Shown: piece after piece, positions 1 through 7,912 of the stretch | How positions within the stretch are numbered: position 1 is the stretch's first letter | Layout of the letters: each line of letters starts with the position of its first letter | Origin: Octopus sinensis | Lineage: Eukaryota | Reading direction: 5' to 3' | NCBI RefSeq assembly: GCF_006345805.1 | Contig: NW_021827311.1 | Location: 1 to 10,792 of the forward strand | Length of the DNA stretch: 10,792 bases | Notes under the pieces: model-generated | Seen by the model: only the letters and a program-made list of their open reading frames with translations | Database searches by the model: none | Told to the model about the DNA's origin: nothing | Program-made: the position numbers and the translations under genes

Positions 1-389
1 AAAGCTACCGTAAACTCTATAACCACTAAAGACACCGTTTCGACGAAGAAATACGTGGGCCTGATAGAGGGTAATTTCAAGGCCAGTTCAATAACCACAC
101 TTTGAGCTTTAGGCACTGGAACAAAAGAAAAGCGACACAATTATCCAATCATATTTGGTCTTTAAGAGATAAAGGTGTCGATTATAACACAATGGAAGAT
201 TTTGGCCAGATGTAAGCCCTACACTAACGGCAGCGGAAGGTGCGGTTTATGCGACATGGAGAGATGGCTTATCTGGAAAAGCAGCTTAGACCTACCACAT
301 GTCTAAATACAAGGACAGAGTTTTTCGGATCATGCCCACATGTGACTAAATTCCTGTTACGTTTTTGGTCCCCTAAAGAAAACGGATAG
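1..389 (+). pseudogene. GIY-YIG endonuclease C-terminal fragment of a PLE ORF (degenerate)
   Basis: Manual translation across ~3 frameshifts: KKYVGLIEGNFKA/FNNHTLSFRH..ATQLSNHIWSLRDKG../QWKILARCKPY..RCGLCDMERWLI../LNTRTEFFGSCPHVTKFLL, stop TAG at 387-389. The YxG...FKxRxxNHxxSF, LSxxIWxL, CxxC, LNxRxE and CxH pattern is what I recall for one group of invertebrate PLE endonucleases. Confidence 0.75.
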
Positions 390-581
390 AACATGCTTTC
401 TGTGTTATGTCCCAAGAAGATTTATTATTTTTATATATCTTTATATATTTTTATGTATTTTTATATAATTTTTATGACGAAAAATGCGAGCGATGTATAA
501 GTACGCAGGCAAAGCAGAGTTATAACAGAGTAATTTCCCTTCATTTTTAACGGTATTTTTTCATAACGTTTTCAAATAGCC

Positions 582-644
582 AGATAACCGAAGAGATGGT
601 GTTGTGGATTTCCACTTCGGCATCTGAAACTCAGAGTTTTATCT
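582..644 (+). ncRNA. Type I hammerhead ribozyme-like motif, variant or degenerate core
   Basis: Stem I AGATAA(582-587)/TTATCT(639-644); core CCGAAGA (588-594, U4C); stem II GATG(595-598)/CATC(621-624) with inner GTGG/CCAC hairpin; one extra T625; GAAA 626-629; stem III ACTC-A-GAGT (629-637); cleavage triplet GUU (636-638). Confidence 0.65.
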
Positions 645-742
645 TGACTACCGAGTAATGTAACATATTGTATAGATAAATTTCCTCTATTTACATAATA
701 TTGAGGTCTCTTTCTTTCTTTTGTTATCTTACCGTTTTATCA

Positions 743-795
743 ATATATATATATATAGATATAAATATATATATATACATCTATATCTATCTATC

Positions 796-826
<31 letters not shown>

Positions 827-840
827 AAAACTTATATATA
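743..840. repeat. (TA)n microsatellite, partly degenerate
   Basis: Direct reading of the sequence. Confidence 0.95.
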
Positions 841-1380
841 AAATGTACAAAAGGGGACAAGAACGCAAACCACACAGAGATGACACAAAAAAACAGACAG
901 GTCATTCGAAGCCTCTGATCTTCAGTCAGGAAGATCATCTTAGCAATTTCGGCTGATTAATCCTGATATCTCTCTGATCAGGCCAGCCCCAAGGAAAAAC
1001 TAAGCTCCAAAGACAGAAAACCTGATGATGCCACATGAATAAAAATACAAGAAACAAAAAATGAAAATAAAAATAAAAAACAAGAATAGTAATAACAGGA
1101 CAGAGGGGAGTCTTACAACTTCAGACAATTTAATTTATCTTGGCTGGCATATTTTGAAAAAATGCCTTTATGGCAGACAAAGACAACAACAGTGTTAACC
1201 AGTTGAACAGCAGTCATGTGACAGGAGGGAAGAAGAGAGAGAAAAAAAGTAGGGGGCAAGGAATCAAAGAGAGAGAGAGAAAGAAAGGGACAACAATGGT
1301 GCAAAGTAAGAAAGACAGAGAAATGTGAAGGAGTAGGGGAAGAATCAGAGGTAAGGAAAGAGAAAGACACAGACTATAGA
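841..1380 (-). repeat. Unclassified interspersed repeat, family A copy 1 (possibly a PLE-derived 3' end)
   Basis: The reverse complement of 855-1006 aligns by eye with 4934-5088 (blocks AGCTTAGTTTTT, GGCTGGCC, GATTAATCAGCCGAAATT, TGACTGAAGA, TTCGAATG, CGTTCTTGTCC). The extent beyond ~1150 is uncertain; 1225-1385 is GA-rich low complexity. Confidence 0.55.
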
Positions 1381-1384
1381 GAGA

Positions 1385-1422
<38 letters not shown>

Positions 1423-1745
1423 GCATATATATAGATTGATAGATAGATATAAATTACTATATATAAAAATACAAATATGTATATATATATATATAAAGAT
1501 AAATGAAAATATATATATATAAAGACATAAATATATATAAAAATATATATGTAAATATATGAATATATATATATAAATATACATATAAATACATATAAAA
1601 ACATATATAAATATACATAATATATATAAATGGCGGTGCCCCAGCATGGCCACAGCTCAAGAGCTGAAACTGGAAAACATAAACATAAATATAAATACAT
1701 ATATATACATAAATATATATTTACATATATATATATATATATATA
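1381..1745. repeat. (GA)/(GT)/(TA)n compound microsatellite and degenerate AT-rich simple repeat
   Basis: Direct reading; this tract generates the YI-repeat ORFs in the ORF track. Confidence 0.95.
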
Positions 1746-1780
1746 GATAAGAAAGTTGGTTTGTGAAAGCACGTGGGTGA

Positions 1781-2030
1781 ATATATAAAAAATAGTAAAG
1801 AGTGAAAAAACGACAGAAGGCTTAAATGTTAAAAAATATATATATTTGCGTCAATATGTCTGAAGAATATTAGAAAATTAAAAAAAAAAAAATTTTTTTC
1901 CTTTATAATGACATAATTTTTAAAGAAAGACCGGTTTTGCATTTAGCTTTTCAAATTTCTTGTGACGTTATGTTTATGTTCAATAGAGTTATCCTTGTGT
2001 TTATGCTCCGGAGAGTTCTAAATAAGGGAA
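1781..2030 (-). repeat. 3' pseudo-LTR of the PLE (left arm of the inverted repeat)
   Basis: About 250 bp, near-identical to the reverse complement of 4480-4725. It differs by a few substitutions, homopolymer lengths and a 2-bp indel. Confidence 0.92.
1923..1961 (-). ncRNA. Minimal type I hammerhead motif in the pseudo-LTR (U3-A8 core; this copy has G12A)
   Basis: Minus strand reads AAGAAA-T-TTGAAAA-GC TAAAT GC-AAAA-CCGG-TC-TTTCTT: stem I AAGAAA/TTTCTT, palindromic ACCGGT stem III, GUC site. Confidence 0.6.
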
Positions 2031-2092
2031 GGTAGTGGGTGATTTCTTCCGGTGTAAGGGAGATAATCGCTTAAAAATTTTTTTCCTTTTCC

Positions 2093-4350
2093 TTAATGTG
2101 AATTTCTCTGTATCAGTATGTTCGGATGGTTGAGTCTGGGCTTGTACCTTTCAATGAAGAATGTTTCCTTGTTTAGTCTAATTTGTGTTGATGATCCGAA
2201 AGCACATTGGTTGAATGGAAAGATTAAGAATTGTGGTAGTAGTTGCTTTGCGCATTTCTCAATGTACTCACTAAAAGGTATCATTCTATATTTTGGGAAT
2301 GCAATCTGTTGTTGATGCAGTGTGCATCTACGTCTGAGTGATAGTCCCGTGGAACCCACGTAGTCTTGGTGGCAGCCCGAGCATTTTATGACATAAGTTA
2401 TGTTTTCAGAGGCACAAGTAAAGTTAGATTTGATCTTGAATTTCTGTCCCTCTTTAAAGAGGAATTCCGATCCTTCTAGCACAGTTCGATCTACCACATT
2501 TTTTTACTTTTGCATCCGTAATTTCAGAAGACAATTTTGCCTTTGTGAGAATCTTTTTAAGTGATTTAGGCTGTTTGTAGCTTTTAATGATTTGGTGTAT
2601 GTTTAGAATTTCCTTTAATTTGGGGTTTTTATGAAGTATTGGTAAATTCTGGGTGATGATGGTGAAGGCTTCTTTGTTTCTGGGGTTGTATGTAGATATG
2701 TAAGGTAGTATTTTCGGGGAAGGTGTGTTGTTGTGTTGAACTTTTCTTAAAGTTTCTATGTTGATTTCTGTTGCACGTCTGATCCCATCCTCTATGAGTT
2801 GAGCTGGGTAATGTCTGTCAATTAGGGTGTTTTTGAGTTCTTGCAGTCTAAAGTTCCTGGTATTTTGTTCTGACACTATTGTGCATATCCTTCTTGCAAG
2901 GTTGAAGGGGATGTTTGTTTTAGTGTGTCTTGGGTGGCATGAATTAAAGAGAAGGTATTGTTTGGCGTCTGTGGCTTTGTAGAAAATGTCTGTTTCTATT
3001 TTAAGGTTAATTTTTTTAATTAGTATATCCAAGAACGGGAGCTCCTTTTGGTTGTATTCCATTGTAAACTGTATATTTGGGTTTATGCTGTTCAATAGGT
3101 TTTTAAATTTTAGGAGTTTATCTTGTTTTCATTCCAGAGAATAAAACAATCGTCTAAGAATCGTTTCAGTTCTCTTTTTGTATTGAAGAGAGGAGATTGA
3201 TAAAGATTCCTGGTAAATGATTATTTCCATGTATCCCATTGTTAAGTTCGCAATGACTGGTGCTGCCCTTGTACCCATAGCAATTCCGGATTTTTGACGG
3301 TAAAATGTATTGTCAAACATGAAGTGGTTATTGTGTAGGATGAATTCAATTGATTTAGTAATGAATTCTTTACTGATCCTTTTTGGTATTTCTTCCGGAA
3401 ATTGGTCTAACCAGAACTGTATTGCCTCCAGTCCATAATTATGAGGTATACTGGTATACAAGTTGACTACATCAAATGAAACCAGATTGTTTCTTCCTTG
3501 GCTTTTTTTGGAAGGTGGTTTAACATATCTAAGTCATCTCTGATATGGCTATCGATATGTTTAAGGAAGGGTTTCAGGAGGATGTCCATAAGTAGACTTA
3601 GTCTGTGTGTTTCACAGGTAGGGCCAGCTACATGGGTCGTAGTTTTAGGTCCCCCGGGTTAGGTGTGTGTATGTATGTCTTTGGTGATTTTTTAATGGTT
3701 TCATTTATAATTTGACTTTTATGAATTTTTGGCAGACCATAGAAAAGCTAGGTTTGCATTTAAAGTTTGTTAGGAAGTCAATCTCTTTGGTTGTTAGTTC
3801 CTTTTCATGGGTTTTAATTAGTGAAGATAGAGTTTTCATTATTTTTTGTGGGGTGTAGTTGGTAATTTTTTCATAATGTAGGTCGTCATCAAGCAAGGAA
3901 ATTACAAGATTTCTGTAGTATGATGTATCCATTATTACAACTGCATTTCCTTGTCTGCTTCCTTAATGGTTATATCCTCATCATTTTGAAGTTCTATCAG
4001 TTCTTTCCATTGTGTAGTGTTAAAATTTGAGTTAGCTTTCTGTTTATGTATAGTATGGTAGGGGAAGTTCTCAATGTGGTTACAGAATTCGTCAAGATTT
4101 TTATTTCTTCCTCTGTGTGGGATGTTTCACTTGTTCTTGACTAGTGATTCATCTTCAGTATTGAAACGGTTGATGCTTCTGCTAGTCTTAATTTTCTGCA
4201 AAATTCTGTTATATTATCCTTGATTTCATTTAGGTTGGCTCTGCGTGGAGTTGGTGTAAACTTGAGCCCTTTTGAGAGGATGTCAATTTTTATGTTATAA
4301 AGAGGTTTGGTTGAAAGATTGATTATCTTCGGTTTTTCCTTATTACTAGG
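2093..4350 (-). pseudogene. PLE polyprotein (N-terminal domain, reverse transcriptase, Cys linker, GIY-YIG endonuclease), multiply frameshifted
   Basis: Motifs in order: ILSKGLKFTPTP (~4280-4245), DITIKEADK[G]NAVVIMD (~3975-3925), [F]YGLPKIHK (~3740-3715), RPIVAGP (~3650-3620), SFDVVNLYTSIPH (~3480-3445), YRQKSGIAMGTRAAP (~3305-3255), RFLDDCF (~3165-3143), FTMEY..LPFLDI, TDIFYKATD..QYL...SCHP, KCGRSNC linker, FTCASENITYVIKCSGCHQDYVGSTG..RCTLHQQQI, KETFFIERYKPRLN; stop at 2093-2095. The upstream limit is approximate. Confidence 0.9.
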
Positions 4351-4479
4351 TTCCAGCCTGTGTCCTGGTGTCCCTGGTCCCTGGCTAAAAAATGTTGGGT
4401 GTAATTTTGTTTGTACGAGTTGTCTGTGAGGTTGTGTGGTATTTGGTCGGGGGAGTGGTGGTATTGTTGCCCCCGATCG

Positions 4480-4725
4480 TTCCCTTATTTAGAACTCTCC
4501 GGAGCATAAACACAAGGATAACTCTATTGAACATAAACATAACGTCACAAGAAATTTGAAAAGCTAAATGCGAAACCGGCCTTTCTTTAAAAATTATGTC
4601 ATTATAAAGGAAAAAAAATTTTTTTTTTTAATTTTCTAATATTCTTCAGACATATTGACGCAAATATATATATTTTTTAACATTTAAGCCTTGTCATTTT
4701 TTCACTCTTTACTATTTTTATATAT
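4480..4725 (+). repeat. Inverted pseudo-LTR copy at the PLE 5' end (right arm)
   Basis: Begins TTCCCTTATTTAGAACTCTCC at 4480, matching the reverse complement ending at 2030, and runs into (TA)n at ~4720. Confidence 0.92.
4549..4587 (+). ncRNA. Minimal type I hammerhead motif in the inverted pseudo-LTR (U3-A8 core; this copy has U16.1C)
   Basis: AAGAAA-T-TTGAAAA-GC TAAAT GC-GAAA-CCGG-CC-TTTCTT. The consensus of the two copies is ...GCGAAACCGGTC, the familiar PLE hammerhead 3' half. Confidence 0.6.
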
Positions 4726-4740
4726 ATATATATATATATA

Positions 4741-5112
4741 TTGCGCCAGAGAAAAAATTTGTTTGCTTGTTATCAGTCGTAAGACACTTGTTGTTTTCAC
4801 CGTTAATGCTTCTGTATTTCATGTTTCTGTATTCCATTATTGTTTTTTGTTTTTTTGTTTTTTTATATCTGTCCCTTTTGCTGTCCTGGTGTTCGTATGC
4901 ATTCGATCCTTCTTCCAGGAAATCTACGCTTCCAGCTTAGTTTTTCTTGGAGGGCTGGCCGTGATCTAGTAATCTCAAGATTAATCAGCCGAAATTACTA
5001 CGATGATCCGGTTCTTGACTGAAGACTGAGGGGTTCGAATGTCCTGTCATGTTTTGTATCGTCTTCTATGAGGTATACGTTCTTGTCCATGTTGTATTTT
5101 TCTACATACCTT
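4741..5112 (+). repeat. Unclassified interspersed repeat, family A copy 2
   Basis: 4934-5088 is homologous to the reverse complement of 855-1006, with an 18-bp identity GATTAATCAGCCGAAATT at 4979-4996 vs 945-962. Bounded by (TA)n on both sides. Confidence 0.55.
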
Positions 5113-5122
5113 AAATATATAT

Positions 5123-5157
<35 letters not shown>

Positions 5158-5311
5158 CATATAAATATATATATATTTACATATATATATATATTATATT
5201 ATATAATATATATATAACACATATAATATATATATAAATACATATAAATATATATATACATATAAATATATATATCTAATTTATATACATATAAATATAT
5301 ATATCTAATTT
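5113..5311. repeat. Degenerate (TA)n/AT-rich simple repeat including a duplicated CATATAAATATATATATCTAATTT unit
   Basis: Direct reading. Confidence 0.9.
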
Positions 5312-5640
5312 TTGTCGAAAAAAAATTCATTTCAAAAAAATTTTATCAATGGCCAGCATATTAAAAAATACCTTTAAAGGTTAAATTTCCATGGGTATGA
5401 GTAAATATATCATTTATTTCTTTTGCCACATGTATCACTGACGAAGGGAGGGCTGTTATGAGCTAACCCTGAAATCGGTCCGATATGGTAATAATGGAAT
5501 TTTTTAGACATTTCTGTCGACCTTTTTTCGAGTAGCATGCGTATTGTGAATAAATTATATGGTTAATGGACAATATGTCCAATTTTTCGGCATATTTGGC
5601 ATTAGAAATTTTTTCGTTTGCCCTTATTTATGAATTGTTT
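5312..5640 (+). mobile_element. Short non-coding hammerhead-bearing element (probable solo PLE pseudo-LTR)
   Basis: About 330 bp of non-simple sequence between two TA tracts, with a complete hammerhead in the middle and no ORF. Confidence 0.6.
5433..5490 (+). ncRNA. Type I hammerhead ribozyme
   Basis: Stem I TATCA(5433-5437)/TGGTA(5486-5490); core CTGACGA 5438-5444; stem II AGGG/CCCT (5445-5448/5467-5470) with inner GGCT/AGCT; GAAA 5471-5474; stem III ATCGG-T-CCGAT (5474-5484); AUA triplet, cleavage predicted after 5485. Confidence 0.8.
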
Positions 5641-5665
5641 ATAAATATATATATATACATATACA

Positions 5666-6207
5666 TTGAAGGTTGTAAATCAACTCAACCAACATCCCAA
5701 AAGTAGCGAAATGTCCCGCCTAAAAACAACACTGATGGAGATCGAAAAAAGGCTGCAACAATCCTATGTGAGGGAGAAAGCAGACAATGAAGCCTGGGTT
5801 ATAAAAAACATTATATCAAAGCCAAAGGCCTTCTTTCATTACGCGAAAGAAACAGCCTTGGTACACTACAAGAGAGGACCCCTCCTTTAAAAGGATGGCT
5901 CCCTCACAGACAGTCCAACTAAGATCAGTGAGATACTGAATGACCAGTTCAAAAGTGTCTTTACCACCCCGTTGGAACACAGACAAGTGAACGAACCAGT
6001 GAACTTCTTTGCCGCCTCACCTATAACCAGTGAGGCAGTTACAATGGAATACATTGACATTAGCAAAGAAGATATACTACTAGCCATAGATGAAGTGGAC
6101 ACAAACTCAACTGCTGGTCCTGATAGTTTCCCAGCATTCCTCCTCAAAGCGTGTAAGCATGCCCTGGCAAAACCCCTCAAGATTCTCTTCCAGAGCTTTC
6201 TTACAAA
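5666..6207 (+). pseudogene. CR1/L2/Jockey-group LINE ORF2 fragment (pre-RT linker), 5'-truncated; left half
   Basis: One frame with a single stop at 5888-5890: KPKAFFHYAK..RGPLL*KDGSLTD...ISEILNDQFKSVFT...ILLAIDEVDTNSTAGPDSFPAFLLKACKHALAKPLKILFQSFLT. Confidence 0.85.
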
Positions 6208-6219
6208 GACGGTTAGGCA

Positions 6220-6296
6220 TCTTGGAAAGACAAGAGGACTGCTCGGAAAGACAAGCGGACAATAGGAAAGACTATCGACACCAGGAAAAACTGGTG
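6220..6296 (+). other. Array of four short stem-loops with a GAAAGA/GAAAAA loop in the Hero 5' UTR
   Basis: TCTTG-GAAAGA-CAAGA (6220-6235), GCTCG-GAAAGA-CAAGC (6241-6256), ATAG-GAAAGA-CTAT (6262-6275), CACCAG-GAAAAA-CTGGTG (6279-6296). Confidence 0.8.
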
Positions 6297-7524
6297 GAGG
6301 CTGCAGACTTACGATCCTCGCCTTTGTAATATATTGTAACAGAAATAAATGGAAATGACAGCCCACGATTAACCGAGAGTGAGGAGTCGAGAATCAATCA
6401 AACTCAGTCAGCATGGGAATGACCTTGGAAATGAATACGATTATTCATTCGAACAGCGAACAAAATGCAAACAACTTTGGATGCAAGCTATGCTATAGAA
6501 CCTTTGCAACTGTGAAACGCTTGAAGATACATCAGGGAAAGACTTATGAGAATAGGACAGAGCAGTGTGGATCATCAGATCATAAAACATGTGGCAAATC
6601 ATCCCCGGACTCAAACCACAACGGATCGATAAATGCTACAGCAGAGACCTCTTCACGTGATGAAACTACAAGTCATGAAACTGGTGCATCGGATAATACT
6701 CAGAGGAAACCAAGGGTTTTGTGGCCTGCTGCTAATGAGAAAGGGAAATATAAAGAGATTGAAAACAAGGTTTGTCGGGCTCTTTATAAAATGACAGGTT
6801 CTACAGTGGAGAAACTGGGTAAATTATCAAGCTCAATATACGATATAGGAAAAGATTTATTTGGAGTAAAAGAGAATATCCGACTAGAGAAAGGAAAGTG
6901 TGGACCAAGTAGGAGGATCAGGAAAATGCAGCAGTTGAGGAAGGAAAAGACCAACCTAAGAAAGCGATGGAGATGTGCTGCACTAGATGAAAAACCTGGC
7001 CTTGCGCTGCTGTATAATGACTTGAAAAGGAAATGTCATTATGTGCAACGACATATCCGCCGATATGAGCATTGAAAGCAGAGTAAAAGGACTCAGGGGC
7101 AGTTTCTGAAGGACCCGTATGGGTTTACTAAGAAGCTGTTCCCTGAACCGAGGAATGGTACCTTATTGTGCACAAAAGAAGAATTGGATGCTCATATCAA
7201 GGAAACCTACAGCGATCCGAATCTTAATCAGCCACTGCCACCACTACATGGGCTAAATCATCTTTCAGGACCTGATATCGAATTCCAGATTGGGGACATC
7301 AGGGAGAGAGAGGTGAATGACTTCGTAAGAAAAGCTAGAGCAAAGAGTGCCCCAGGAGGTGATGGCATCTCATATAAAGTCTACAAGTATTGCAATCGTC
7401 TGCAAAAGAAGCTCTTCGTCCTCCTCCGACAACTGTGGAGCGAGGAGACTATAGTAGAGGATTGGTGTAAGGCAGAAGGTATATACCTGCTGAAAGAGGC
7501 CAATGCAAAGACCATAAAACAGTT

Positions 7525-7592
7525 TAGGACAGAGTAGTGTGGATCATCAGATCGTAAAACATGTGGCAAATCATCCCCGGACTCAAACCACA
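7525..7592 (+). repeat. 68-bp direct duplication of 6553-6620
   Basis: TAGGACAGAG[C/T]AGTGTGGATCATCAGATC[A/G]TAAAACATGTGGCAAATCATCCCCGGACTCAAACCACA; two mismatches. Confidence 0.95.
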
Positions 7593-7609
7593 CATATATA
7601 TATATATAT

Positions 7610-7787
7610 AAGATTCTAGAAGGTTCTAAAGGTTCAAGGGTTCAAACGAAGTAGGAGAAGAGAGGCATAAGAATAGGAAGGTGAAAGGGTGCATTCATTT
7701 GAACTGCACCCCTTCACCTTCTATTCTTATGCCTCTCTTCTCCTACTTCGTTTGAACCCTTGAACCTTTAGAACCTTCTAGAATCTT
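7610..7787. repeat. Long near-perfect palindrome (84/83-bp arms, 11-nt spacer)
   Basis: 7610-7693 is the reverse complement of 7705-7787 with one substitution and one 1-nt indel; spacer TTCATTTGAAC. Confidence 0.95.
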
Positions 7788-7912
7788 CTACATCCAACCA
7801 TTTTGATGTCACTCCTTATAAAGGAATTTTTTAAAGAGACACTCATTATCACTATGGGCTCCGTGTGAGCAGTCATCTAAAAGTTTTTTGTGCATCTTGA
7901 TGTTGACATAAG

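Larger units (their letters stand above)
1..744 (+). mobile_element. 3' end of a Penelope-like element (GIY-YIG C-terminus, 3' UTR/pseudo-LTR with hammerhead motif), running off the left edge of the window
   Basis: Frameshifted GIY-YIG coding remnant at 1-389, then an AT-rich UTR, a hammerhead-like motif at 582-644, and an end at the (TA)n starting ~743. Confidence 0.7.
1781..4725 (-). mobile_element. Penelope-like retroelement, probably Neptune clade, with an inverted pseudo-LTR at its 5' end
   Basis: Minus-strand ORF remnants carry the PLE N-terminal motif, RT and a C-terminal GIY-YIG. 1781-2030 is the reverse complement of 4480-4725. Both ends lie at or near (TA)n. Confidence 0.9.

Noticed and set aside
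1113-1772. ORFs 1113..1370, 1214..1426, 1345..1653, 1374..1772 and 1457..1660
   Set aside because: They are translations of TA and GA simple repeats (YIYI, SLSL) with no domain signal.
1859-1877. CTGAAGAATATTAGAAA on the plus strand of the pseudo-LTR
   Set aside because: No stem I, II or III; it is antisense to the element and probably chance in AT-rich DNA.
2118-2315. Plus-strand 65-aa ORF
   Set aside because: Antisense shadow of the GIY-YIG coding region.
4691-5022. ORFs 4691..4969 and 4840..5022
   Set aside because: T-rich low-complexity translations across a microsatellite and repeat family A.
5014-5050. CTGAAGA...TTCGAAT in repeat family A as a true hammerhead
   Set aside because: Stem II has no closing pair, GAAT replaces GAAA, and there is no valid NUH; kept only as a low-grade lead.
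6220-6296. Hairpin array as a CRISPR-like or bacterial regulatory array
   Set aside because: No constant repeat with unique spacers of CRISPR size, no cas genes, and a eukaryotic retrotransposon context.
5887-6366. ORFs 5887..6366(-) and 6090..6329(+)
   Set aside because: Antisense or off-frame readings that cross the LINE/Hero junction.
6208-6412. HDV-like ribozyme at the 5' end of the RLE element (known for R2 and relatives)
   Set aside because: No nested double pseudoknot found by eye, and the 5' end may be truncated; a descriptor search would be needed.
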